Source: a virus
Direction: 5' to 3' (one strand)
Length of the DNA stretch: 64,000 nucleotides
IMG/VR virus record: IMGVR_UViG_3300035152_000026
Span: 86,002 to 150,001 of that record
The notes beneath the pieces were generated by a model. The model did not search any database and was not told the origin of the DNA. It saw only the letters and a program-made list of their open reading frames with translations. Shown in pieces: positions 36,269 through 45,485 of the stretch. Every line of letters begins with the position of its first letter. The first letter of the stretch is position 1. The position numbers were made by a program, and so were the translations under genes.

Positions 36269-37102
36269 TTACTGCTGTTGCGTCACGGCGGCACTAGCGC
36301 CGACCGGTTGGCCTGTAGGGGCTTGCATGGGCATTGGAGTGAGGTTCAACGCCTCGGCGAAGGTTCGATAGGTACAGTCCGGCACGAAGATTTCGTTGTC
36401 GGGATCCTCTTCAGTGGTAGTCCAGTACCCTAGCGGGTCAGGCAACGCACCTTCGTCACGACCACCTGCGGCGTACTGTTGCCAACGCTTCGTACGGATC
36501 TCGAACTGTAGTGAGCCGTCCTGTAACGTGTAAGCCCGATGATAGAGAATGTAGTCAGTGCCCGCAGCGAACTTCATCGCCTGCTGACCGCTGATCATGG
36601 GTGTGCCGATGGGGTTGTCGCTGTCGGGTGTCTTCTCTAGGCAGACCCACAACACGTTCACTGGCAAGTTGTGAATCTGCACTCGCAGCGAGCGTAAGTT
36701 GGCACCGAGTGAACCGTACACTCGCCGCATGTCAGGCATGCTGCCGTTTTTCGACATTGCTCGCGTGAGCGTGTCGAGAAGCAAATCGTTGTAGAAGGTC
36801 AGTGAATCGACGACGAGTGTTTGAACCTCACCAGCACGAATCAACGAATCTGCATCGCCGATCGCTTCCATCATGTCGGCGATCCGCTCGATGGCCCAAA
36901 CGCGTGGACGGCGCTCTGGTTCCCAAAGCGCTCCGGGGTCCATATTGATGACCGTCGTCCAGCCACCTTCACTAGCCTCGGATAGGAACAACGGTCTGGG
37001 CCAACTTGCCGCCCAGCGCGTTTTCCCGGAGCGCATCGCACCGTAAGACAGACACGTGATACGTTGCGCCTGGATCGGATCGTCCAAATCGATCTTACGC
37101 AT
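36269..37102 (-). CDS. AAA_24 family ATPase (Sak4-like RecA-fold recombination protein)
   Basis: Walker A (SYGAMRSGKT), Walker B (LVVDSL), 277 aa. Typical phage Sak4 context. Confidence 0.65.
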   Translation of the reverse strand: MRKIDLDDPIQAQRITCLSYGAMRSGKTRWAASWPRPLFLSEASEGGWTTVINMDPGALWEPERRPRVWAIERIADMMEAIGDADSLIRAGEVQTLVVDSLTFYNDLLLDTLTRAMSKNGSMPDMRRVYGSLGANLRSLRVQIHNLPVNVLWVCLEKTPDSDNPIGTPMISGQQAMKFAAGTDYILYHRAYTLQDGSLQFEIRTKRWQQYAAGGRDEGALPDPLGYWTTTEEDPDNEIFVPDCTYRTFAEALNLTPMPMQAPTGQPVGASAAVTQQQ

Positions 37103-37106
37103 TCGG

Positions 37107-37439
37107 TTATTTCCCTTTCTTCGTGGGTGTGCGTATGAAGGAGTTGCGTCGATCCCAGCCGCAAGCTAGACACCGTGCGCCTTGACCTACCGGTATCGAT
37201 GCAAAACACTGCGGGCAGGTTTTTGGTGCACGTCCTCGCATAGACGGTATGATTGGGTGCGCAGCGTGTATCTCTATAATGGGGCAGGCTTCGTCCCGGC
37301 AAATCTCCACACCCTCTTCGACTTCGTCGATTGACAGTGCAATCAGCTGCTTGGTAGTGCCCATGTCTCGCCCCCCACAGCGATACGTTGATCCAACCGC
37401 GCGATGTCTGCGTCGGCTAGTACGAGACGGTATTCCCAC
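37107..37439 (-). CDS. small Cys/His-motif protein, paralog of 34997..35563
   Basis: Shared motif plus a C-terminal CPQC. Confidence 0.4.
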   Translation of the reverse strand: MGIPSRTSRRRHRAVGSTYRCGGRDMGTTKQLIALSIDEVEEGVEICRDEACPIIEIHAAHPIIPSMRGRAPKTCPQCFASIPVGQGARCLACGWDRRNSFIRTPTKKGK

Positions 37440-37667
37440 AGTCCTTGGGTACGGCGCCGAGCGTCTACCTGATGGCCGCCAAATTTGGGTTTACGAAAAT
37501 CTCGTAGTCGCGCGCTGATAGCTGCTTCACTACCACCTACGACACGATAGATCTCGTTCAACGTACGCCATTGGCCGTCGCGCATGAGAGCCAACACACG
37601 GCCGAGTTGTCCCGTCAAACGAATTTGATCGAGCGCGGGATCGTAGGTGTGTCCGCCGAACGGCACG

Positions 37668-39053
37668 CTAGCCCTCCCGATGCGCGCAGTGATCCCACTG
37701 GCTGCACATGCCGTAGCGGCTGACGCAATTAGCACGCGCTCGGGGGAAGATACCGCCGGCCATCATGAAGAGCCGCATCCCTTGCCACATCCGCAAGTCG
37801 TTCGCGTGCTGCTTTATTTGCCAGCGCTGCGGAACGACAAGCGTACGGTGGAATTGTTGTTGGCGCTGCTTACCAATGATGTTCATCATCACGCCGGTCA
37901 GCTTGCCGAATTTGCGGGTCAGCTTGAGACGCTGCCAAAGCATGATCTGGCCAATGACCTCGCCGTCGTTCTGCCAACCATCGAGTGTGGCAGTATCGAA
38001 CCTGCCAGTCGTCTTGTGTTCGACCACATACGTTCCAGCAGGAAAACGCGAGTCCGCCTTTTCAACTTTGGCAATCAGGTCGTAGCGAGCTGACTCTTTT
38101 GTCTCTGAGTCCACCACGTGGTACTCGACTGCAAGCGGTGTGATGAAGTCTTGCTCGTAGAAGAGCGCGTAGCCTGCCCAAAGGCGCCACGCTTCCATCA
38201 GAACTGCGGCATCACAACCCGCGTCGAGCAACGCCTTGTTCAGAATCTCAGGCGTGAGCGGGTAGGCTGGATCAATGAATTGCTGGTAGTACACCGCGAG
38301 GAAGGCATGAACCGCTGAACCGATCTCGATATAGTTTGGTGGACGTTCCTCTACGTACCGCAAGCCGTCGATGTATAGCCGCTTGAAGAGGTAGGGGCAG
38401 CGCTGGTACGTCGAGAAGCTTGACCAACCCAGGTCGCCCGACGCGCCACCCAACCGCGGCACCTCGTACGCCTTGAAAACCTGATGTAGGCCTTTGTCCA
38501 GCGGCGTGATGGTGAGATCACGTTCGGTAGGCAAGAGCAACGTGCCATCTTCCGCGGTAGCCGCACCTGCCGGCAATATCGACGGCACTATGTCGGCTTT
38601 CTTTGTCCGCCGCTTCCTGGGTTTGGGCGGCGGTGGCGCCGAAGGAAGCACCGGTAGTTCGTCTTCGTAGTCTTCGTCTTCGTCTACGTCTGAAATCCCG
38701 TCTGCGATCTCAGACGCAACGTCAGGTGAGTCAGTCGCGTCCGCGATAACGTCCTCGGGAGGTACCGGTGCTGCATCAACGACCGGTTGCGTGACCTCAT
38801 AGATGAAACCATCATCGGCAATGAAGTACTGACGATCGAGGCTTTCTCCCGCTGCATCTACTAGGATAGCAATGCAGGGTGCGTCGGCGTCGTGCTCGAA
38901 GATGCCTTCAGCACCGGTCGCGATGCAACGAGTACCGCAGACAACGCAGTAAACGTCGTCCTGCGTCGTCTTGATCGCGTCCGCGATCCCGTCAATACCA
39001 TAGTTTTGGGTGTCAGGTGCCGTTGTAGGCGTCATCCCGCCCTGTCTTGCCAT
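37668..39053 (-). CDS. PD-(D/E)XK nuclease, Cas4/RecB-like exonuclease with Fe-S Cys cluster and an extra acidic N-terminal domain
   Basis: Four-Cys pattern: N-proximal QRCPYLFKR plus C-terminal CVSRYGMCSQWDHC. Adjacent to the Sak4/DUF669 genes (classic phage recombination module). Confidence 0.6.
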   Translation of the reverse strand: MARQGGMTPTTAPDTQNYGIDGIADAIKTTQDDVYCVVCGTRCIATGAEGIFEHDADAPCIAILVDAAGESLDRQYFIADDGFIYEVTQPVVDAAPVPPEDVIADATDSPDVASEIADGISDVDEDEDYEDELPVLPSAPPPPKPRKRRTKKADIVPSILPAGAATAEDGTLLLPTERDLTITPLDKGLHQVFKAYEVPRLGGASGDLGWSSFSTYQRCPYLFKRLYIDGLRYVEERPPNYIEIGSAVHAFLAVYYQQFIDPAYPLTPEILNKALLDAGCDAAVLMEAWRLWAGYALFYEQDFITPLAVEYHVVDSETKESARYDLIAKVEKADSRFPAGTYVVEHKTTGRFDTATLDGWQNDGEVIGQIMLWQRLKLTRKFGKLTGVMMNIIGKQRQQQFHRTLVVPQRWQIKQHANDLRMWQGMRLFMMAGGIFPRARANCVSRYGMCSQWDHCAHREG

Positions 39054-39143
39054 TCGATCCCCCGATCAAATGAGCGAATGCCCGGTTGCTGTGAAACGCG
39101 TCCGGTTTACTTATCACTTCGGTGTGACAATCTGCAATCGGTT

Positions 39144-40742
39144 TCACCCGACATCTTCTGCGCCCGCAAGAAATGCTTCCATAAGACGCTGCATATCGGG
39201 TTCGACGGGATCGATTTGGAAGGCCTGAGCAATGACGTCAATCGCACTATCCGCCGCAGGGACATTGAGGCTGTTGGCCCTCGCGCACTTCTCTTGCAAG
39301 GCGGTTACCAATCCGCGATCTACAGGATGATCGACGACCAGATACGTCACGGACATCGGTTTATCCGGGGAGAACGTGCGCATTTCGGCTTGCGCAACGG
39401 TCGCGGGTGTGAAGTCCACCTCGGCAAAGATCGCTTGCCGCGCGTGCGAGAGATCAATGGCAACCTGACCGACGGGGATCGTGCAGACGAGCGCCGCGAT
39501 GGCGTTCTTCTTCCAGTCTTCTATTGTCTTTTCGCGGCTATCCACAGAATCGCCACCAGTAGCCGCGAACGCAGGATAGCCCTTCTTCGAGATCGCAGCC
39601 GCGATCTTCCGTGCAACCGTTCGATGCCAGGTCCATACGACGACGGGCTCCCCGTTCGCGAGCACCCGGTCAGCAACATCGACAGCGAGAGGAGCCTTCA
39701 GCCGGCCCAGCAGCTTACGTAACCTCGCCTGACTGCCGATTTTCGTCGGCTTTTTGGTGACGTCTCGCGCGGCCTCGACGGCGAGATCCAGCTCGAATAG
39801 CTGGCGCTCTGTCACGTCAGCGACCTCCACAGATCGTTCGATGGGCGGAAGATCACTACGAACGTCTTCCCACGTGCGTCGAATCATCACTTCTGCAATA
39901 CGAGCGCGAAACTCCTCGACATTGCTTACGCCGTTGTACTTGGTCCCGTAGGCCGTAAGCTCCGGCCCGGCGTACCGCTGCCGGAAGGTGTAGTGAGTGC
40001 CCCACCCGCCGGGATTCAAGCAAGAGAGGATCGCCCAGAGCCCTCCAGGACGGTTCCACAGGGGCGTGCCAGTTGCTGCGATGACTTTCTCTGCCCGAGA
40101 CGCGAGCAGCTGCGCAGCCTGTGTCCGCTTCGCCCGTGGATTACTCAGTAGATGCGCTTCGTCGAAGACCAGCGTGCCAGGACGGCGCAGTGCAAAGTTC
40201 TGCCAGGCAGTGAGGATGTCATAGTGTGCAAAGATACACTCTGCTTCGCGCAGCTGATCGGGACTGTACGTGCGGCCACGGAGCACGATAGGTTCGATGT
40301 CAGGCCAGCGGAGCTTCATCCACCGAGTCCACACCTCGCGTGCGGCCAACGGTCCTACGATCAGCAACGGCCCGCGTGCGGGATCGTGAGCCATAACAGA
40401 TGACAATGTCTTGCCGAGTCTCATCATGTCAGCCAGGAGTACGCCTCGACGCGGTTCGATGTACTCCCGCGCTTCGTGTTGGTACGGCCGTAGCGTGAAA
40501 CCCAACTGCGCCGTCTCGTTGTCCAACGCAGCACGTGCCTGATCGACTTTCGGCACTGTCAATAGGCGTTGTGCACTTTCATGCCCAAGCTGCGCAAGCA
40601 GTGGTAGATGCGTGCGGTGAACTCCGACGTTGTCCCTGCCGAACAGCTGTATTCCAGGCGCTTCTGAGATCTGTACAGCCCACTCCCGCGGAATCAAATA
40701 CCAATCACGGCGCCGTGCGTACGGCACGATCTCGGTGACCAT
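39144..40742 (-). CDS. SNF2-family helicase (SNF2_N plus helicase C domains)
   Basis: LRPYQ (motif Q/I region), GKT Walker A, LVFDEAHLLSN (DEAH box), and a C-terminal helicase domain. Confidence 0.75.
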   Translation of the reverse strand: MVTEIVPYARRRDWYLIPREWAVQISEAPGIQLFGRDNVGVHRTHLPLLAQLGHESAQRLLTVPKVDQARAALDNETAQLGFTLRPYQHEAREYIEPRRGVLLADMMRLGKTLSSVMAHDPARGPLLIVGPLAAREVWTRWMKLRWPDIEPIVLRGRTYSPDQLREAECIFAHYDILTAWQNFALRRPGTLVFDEAHLLSNPRAKRTQAAQLLASRAEKVIAATGTPLWNRPGGLWAILSCLNPGGWGTHYTFRQRYAGPELTAYGTKYNGVSNVEEFRARIAEVMIRRTWEDVRSDLPPIERSVEVADVTERQLFELDLAVEAARDVTKKPTKIGSQARLRKLLGRLKAPLAVDVADRVLANGEPVVVWTWHRTVARKIAAAISKKGYPAFAATGGDSVDSREKTIEDWKKNAIAALVCTIPVGQVAIDLSHARQAIFAEVDFTPATVAQAEMRTFSPDKPMSVTYLVVDHPVDRGLVTALQEKCARANSLNVPAADSAIDVIAQAFQIDPVEPDMQRLMEAFLAGAEDVG

Positions 40743-41094
40743 TCCGTGCCTCTAACACACGGCACTGACAGGCGAGATCTCCTCCAAAAAAGTCGCGGTG
40801 GGTAACCTGTGGACAAGCTATGGAAGTCACCGGAAGTGCGAACAGGCAGTCGCAACTGCAAAAAAGTTGACAGCGTAGAACGAGCAAAACCTCGTTGACT
40901 CACAGGATCTGATGTTGTATCGAAGACGAAGAAAGCGACCGAGGTCACCGGAGGACAGACGGGGGGTGTATAGTGGTCATTCACGTCAGCCACAGCAGCC
41001 GGGACGATGATCAAAAACTTACCTCTGAAAACTGCCTATCGAAAACTCTGCGCCATCACGGCTCCGTGGGTCATACAGCCAAAGAGAGGGGCCG
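40743..41094. promoter_or_regulatory. divergent intergenic region with direct repeats GARGTCACCGGARG (40820s and 40940s), A-runs and TTGACA/TTGACT boxes; candidate bidirectional promoter or origin region
   Basis: Strand switch between a minus-strand and a plus-strand gene block. Lower GC than the flanks. Repeated 16-mer. Confidence 0.35.
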
Positions 41095-42717
41095 ATGGCA
41101 TCGAGTGGAAAGGTAATTCAAGGCAGTTTTGGACAGCAGGGAACGAGTAGCGCAGCACCGCCGAACACGCCGCGAACCGTTACGCAGACACGCTACGCGA
41201 TCTACATGATCCGGCATGATCACCGGGTCAAGACGCGTGACGCAGCGACCCGCCTGATCTACAACTACATTTGGGATACCGAGATCCGCGACAGTCAGGG
41301 GAGCGTGATCTTGTCAGTCCCGGAGAAGCGCTGCTATCTCCAATCAGGGCTCACCCACCAGCTCTACGAGATCAGCCTCCGCGATGACGATTTTTTGGCG
41401 TATCTCTGGTACCGCTACGGGCTGCTGGAAACCGAAGCGCCGACGAAACACACGGTCGCAGCGCTCAAGGCCTACTGCCGAGTGTGCGGCCGTTTACGCG
41501 ACGTGCGCCGCTTCACGTTCTTCGACACGACCTCCAACACGCTCTACTTGAGCTGCTACAACGGACGTTGCTGGCAGCTCGATGGTGAGAATTTTGCCAA
41601 GGTCAACAACGGTACTGGCACTGGAGTTTTCCTAGACGACGACGAGGGTATACCCGTCGTTGACGAGCCTCTCATCGGGCACCACGGCAAACTCCTACCT
41701 ACCCTGATTGACGGAGTCCAGTTCGTGGACAGTACACAGAGTGGCATGACGCGAGATCAGCAGCGACTCGCGCTTGCCGTCTGGTTGTTCGCCGTCGCGT
41801 TTCCTGACCTTATGCCCTCGAAGCCCATGCTCCTCTGTGAGGGGGAGCGAGGATCCGGCAAAAGCGTGGCTGTGCAGCTCATTCAACGCGTGATCCACGG
41901 TGAGCAAAAGACGCATCAGGTCAGTAAAAATGACGAGAAGGACTTCGGCGTGAAGATCCTCCGCTCGCCGATTTGTCTGCTCGACAACATGGACAACTTC
42001 GTGGATTGGCTCCAGGACACGCTGGCAGCATTCACGACGGGCGAGGGCTGGACACGCCGCAAGCTATTCACGGACGATCAAGAAGTCAAAGTACAGCCAC
42101 AAGGATTCATCGCGATCACGACGCGCAACCCAATCACGTTCAAGCGTGATGACATCGCCGACCGCTGTGTGATTCTGCGCCTCGAACGCCGCGAGGACAA
42201 CCAGGCACTCTCCCTGCTCTTTCGCCGCGTCTTCGATGAGCGCGCGGTCTTGTTCGGGGAGTGGCTCTGGTACCTGAACGAGATCGTCAAAGAGATTCGT
42301 GCTGGCACGTTGACCAAACATGCTCAAAAGAGCCGTCACCGCCTAGCAGACTTCGCCGCGCTTGCTCACGTCATCGGCAAGGTCATTGGCGCCAGCTATG
42401 ACGAGGTCAGCGAAATGCTCACAGCGATGCAGGCTGAGCGTGACGTCCTCGTCACCGAGGGCGACCCGTTGGTAGACCTCCTGGACCGCTGGCTTGAAAA
42501 CACCAACAACGTCGGCAAGGCAGTGACGGCGGCTGAGCTGCACCGCGATCTCTCCAACATCGCAAAGCAGTTCAATCGTAGTTTCTACAAGTCGCCCGCG
42601 ACATTGGCTCAGAAACTGCGCGTCCATACACTGCAAAAACAGTTCGACGTTCGGGTTGTTGGTCAGCGCGGCAACGCGAAGCTCTACGAATTCCGCCGTC
42701 TCAAAGAGGATCGTTGA
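41095..42717 (+). CDS. P-loop NTPase, probable primase-associated/SF3-type helicase (P4-primase C-terminal or VirE-like)
   Basis: CEGERGSGKSVAVQL (Walker A), CLLDNMD (Walker B-like), ITTRNP (sensor). 540 aa. Confidence 0.45.
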   Translation: MASSGKVIQGSFGQQGTSSAAPPNTPRTVTQTRYAIYMIRHDHRVKTRDAATRLIYNYIWDTEIRDSQGSVILSVPEKRCYLQSGLTHQLYEISLRDDDFLAYLWYRYGLLETEAPTKHTVAALKAYCRVCGRLRDVRRFTFFDTTSNTLYLSCYNGRCWQLDGENFAKVNNGTGTGVFLDDDEGIPVVDEPLIGHHGKLLPTLIDGVQFVDSTQSGMTRDQQRLALAVWLFAVAFPDLMPSKPMLLCEGERGSGKSVAVQLIQRVIHGEQKTHQVSKNDEKDFGVKILRSPICLLDNMDNFVDWLQDTLAAFTTGEGWTRRKLFTDDQEVKVQPQGFIAITTRNPITFKRDDIADRCVILRLERREDNQALSLLFRRVFDERAVLFGEWLWYLNEIVKEIRAGTLTKHAQKSRHRLADFAALAHVIGKVIGASYDEVSEMLTAMQAERDVLVTEGDPLVDLLDRWLENTNNVGKAVTAAELHRDLSNIAKQFNRSFYKSPATLAQKLRVHTLQKQFDVRVVGQRGNAKLYEFRRLKEDR

Positions 42718-43043
42718 TGGAAGACTGGGTTCCCAATGAAGATGACTGGATTCCCGATGACGAGTATGAGGACGTGGAGTGCGCCCAAATCCTCGCGGTC
42801 ACAACTTTGGCTGTAATGATCGAAAGCGACGTGTGGATACCACGTTCAGTGATCGCAGGTGGAGACACGTTGGAAGTGGGTGACCCTGGACCTCTCAAAG
42901 TCCAACGTTGGTTCGTGGACTTACCCAAGCTGAGATCCAGCGGCTTGCTGGTGCTGGCATTACGTACCCATGGACGCCCTAGCAGATGCTCAAGCTGCTC
43001 GACCAGCTCACTGCAACAAGCGCTCCGCAAGGTGAACCGCTAA
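42714..43043 (+). CDS. hypothetical acidic protein
   Basis: ATGA overlap with the upstream gene. Confidence 0.3.
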   Translation: MMEDWVPNEDDWIPDDEYEDVECAQILAVTTLAVMIESDVWIPRSVIAGGDTLEVGDPGPLKVQRWFVDLPKLRSSGLLVLALRTHGRPSRCSSCSTSSLQQALRKVNR

Positions 43044-43648
43044 TGGACCTCTCGAAGATCAACCCAAGAGCGGACTTCATGTGCCCGACCTGCGGGCAGG
43101 AAGTCACCTCGAACGAGGCCCATGAGCACGTCACCAAAACTGTCGTTGAGCGGTACGCCCGCTACGACCAAACATACACCTGCCTAGTGAGTGGCAACGC
43201 GGTCGGAACGGACACGCACCCGCTCGGTGCAGGTTGTGACTGTCAGGTCTGCCGTCTGGTCGAGGAGATCATTCAGCTCCGCGTTGAACTGGACGTGTCG
43301 GACCCGAGCCCGATACGGGCCGAGCTGGACAACCTGAAAGCGGAAATGGACGAGCTGCGTCGTGAGCTAGCTGTAAACACTCCGCGGTGTGATCACGACT
43401 GGCAACCCCCGCCAGGTGGTCGCGGTGCGTCGATCTGCACCAAGTGCAAACAGCACGCAGTCGAGACGTTTCGCACTAGCTCGACGCTGACCTTCGAGTT
43501 TCCCGATGTAGAAGCCGCCAACGACTTCAAGACTTGGCTCTGTAACAGTGGCGAACAGCAGTACTGGAATGACGCGGAGCGTTTCGTGGATTTTGACTAC
43601 TTCCAGGGCAGCGTCGTGCCCTGCGAATGGCGAAAAAGCGATGCCTGA
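42986..43648 (+). CDS. hypothetical Cys-rich (zinc-binding) protein
   Basis: CPTCGQ...CDCQVC...CTKC clusters. Confidence 0.4.
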   Translation: MLKLLDQLTATSAPQGEPLMDLSKINPRADFMCPTCGQEVTSNEAHEHVTKTVVERYARYDQTYTCLVSGNAVGTDTHPLGAGCDCQVCRLVEEIIQLRVELDVSDPSPIRAELDNLKAEMDELRRELAVNTPRCDHDWQPPPGGRGASICTKCKQHAVETFRTSSTLTFEFPDVEAANDFKTWLCNSGEQQYWNDAERFVDFDYFQGSVVPCEWRKSDA

Positions 43649-43934
43649 CATCACGCGTGTGGTCAACTTGCACCGTGAACGGCATGACGTGTACGTCGGC
43701 CGGCCGTCGCCGTTCGGCAACCCGTTCCACACGAAGCCAGGCCAGGACCGCATGGCGGTGATCGAGCAGTACAAGAACTACTTCCTCGAACGGGTTAGGA
43801 ACGACCCCGAATTCCGCGCGGAAGTCGAGAAGCTGCGCGGTAAGGTCCTCGGCTGTCATTGCGTGCCAAAGCCGTGTCACGCACATGTAATTGCAGCCTA
43901 TCTAAACGGAGAACTGGATGTCCCGGCAGTATGA
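43641..43934 (+). CDS. DUF4326-family protein
   Basis: VVNLHRERHDVYVGRPSPFGNPF...LGCHCVPKPCHAHV signature. The start ATG overlaps the upstream stop (ATGCCTGA). Confidence 0.5.
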   Translation: MPDITRVVNLHRERHDVYVGRPSPFGNPFHTKPGQDRMAVIEQYKNYFLERVRNDPEFRAEVEKLRGKVLGCHCVPKPCHAHVIAAYLNGELDVPAV

Positions 43935-44118
43935 TGTACGCGTCTGCGCGAAGATTGAACTCATCGTGCGGGTGCCCGCAGAAAACGTGCGAGAAGCTGC
44001 ACATGAAGCAGCACTCCGTGCGTTGAATTCTTTAGAAGGTTTGGGCCAACGTCCCAATATCGTCGATCAAGAAATCCTCTTTACACGCGCGACTCTTATT
44101 ACTGAGAACGCTGCCTAA
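43918..44118 (+). CDS. hypothetical protein
   Basis: 66-aa ORF. Confidence 0.3.
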   Translation: MSRQYDVRVCAKIELIVRVPAENVREAAHEAALRALNSLEGLGQRPNIVDQEILFTRATLITENAA

Positions 44119-44125
44119 CACCGAG

Positions 44126-44425
44126 GTGTACACAGTGCCTGACAAGCTTCAGCGTAAGCTCATTGATGACGTATTTGAGGTCATTGCCGGTACCACGGAT
44201 CAAGACGTCGCTACCGTAATGCTGCATGACATAACGGGGGCGTATCTACAAACACGTGTGCTTGTTGGGCCTGACGCCTCGAACGCACCGTGCGGAGTCG
44301 TGATCGTTGGCCACAAAGACGCTGACACGGCCAACGCCAAAGCACGCGCGCTCGTACAGGCGCTTGAATTCGCAGCCGAGACTATCCGAAATCAGATTGA
44401 CGGGGACTGCGACCGTTATGCCTAA
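44126..44425 (+). CDS. hypothetical protein
   Basis: 99-aa ORF. Confidence 0.35.
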   Translation: MYTVPDKLQRKLIDDVFEVIAGTTDQDVATVMLHDITGAYLQTRVLVGPDASNAPCGVVIVGHKDADTANAKARALVQALEFAAETIRNQIDGDCDRYA

Positions 44426-44578
44426 CCATCTCGGGCTTGGTGTCGCTGGGAGCATCAAGTCTAAACGGTCCAAGAAGAAGGCCAAGGCCAAGGCCGAGAA
44501 GACAGAGGCCTACAATACGCGGGGGCGTTCAGTCGTGTCGAATCCCAGTGTTGTGAAGAGAAAAGGACGGTTGTAAAG

Positions 44579-44914
44579 TTGAAGCCAAACGAGTACCAAG
44601 AAAACGCATTGCGTACTGAAAGCCTGTACTCACGTGACCCGGAGGCTGAGAAAAAGGCCATGGACACGCAGCGGTTGGACCGCAAGGTGCTTCGTGCTGT
44701 ACATGACACGCAATTTGGGAATACCAAGAGGTCGGCTGTAGGCTATGCGACAGTGAAAGGGCTGGCAGATCGTCTCGGGCTTTCCACGAGTGTCGTGCGT
44801 CTCTGCCTTATACGGCTAGAGGGTGCAGGGGATGTTTGGCGGAGTGGAGGAGGAGGTAACCTCCCGCGCGAATGGCGGTTGACGGCCCACGGAATGGGCG
44901 ACGCAGGCCGGTGA
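44579..44914 (+). CDS. hypothetical protein
   Basis: 111-aa ORF. Confidence 0.3.
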   Translation: MKPNEYQENALRTESLYSRDPEAEKKAMDTQRLDRKVLRAVHDTQFGNTKRSAVGYATVKGLADRLGLSTSVVRLCLIRLEGAGDVWRSGGGGNLPREWRLTAHGMGDAGR

Positions 44915-45153
44915 GACGCAGACATAATACGATGCACGATTGTGTAGAACGCCTCCGTACTCTCCCGGGAGACTTCCAGACACTCACCATCGAGACCCTC
45001 TCGGACGGCTCGTTCTCGATCACTCGTACTTCTCGCCAACGAATCAACGTGGTCTACGACTGTAACCGATGCAAAGACACCGGTTACCTGGATCCAAACG
45101 ACCACGGTGGCAATCTCTTCGAGTGCTCGTGCAAGCATGGATCTGGTTGCTGA
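44872..45153 (+). CDS. hypothetical Cys-containing protein
   Basis: CNRCKDTGY...CSCKHGSGC. Confidence 0.3.
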   Translation: MAVDGPRNGRRRPVRRRHNTMHDCVERLRTLPGDFQTLTIETLSDGSFSITRTSRQRINVVYDCNRCKDTGYLDPNDHGGNLFECSCKHGSGC

Positions 45154-45485
45154 CTACGTAGCGCTCTGCCTCGTCGGCGCACACCTTGGTGCATGCTTGG
45201 CGTGGAGATTTAATCGTTGGTGTAACCCTGGGCCACTCATTAGCATTCATGGCAAGCGTGGCCGCCGGGAAACCTACTTGTTCCGTGGTGGTAGATGAAA
45301 ATCCTCGTCAACAAAGTTGGGCGAACAAAATCGTTCCACCCGACGTGATGTAAAGCCTTCTGGCAGGGCTGAGGTTACCTTCCGGCGTAGCTCCAACGAA
45401 ACCGAAACCACAGCCTCAGTCCTGCCAATCTCATCTCCATTGCCCGCGGTCCATCAACCAGCGGGCGCAGGAAAGGATAATAGGT

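Noticed and set aside
37343-37735. ORF 37343..37735 (-) overlapping both the small paralog gene and the Cas4-like gene start
   Set aside because: It overlaps two better-supported genes by about 100 nt and about 70 nt, so it is probably a spurious frame. It is not listed as a feature.
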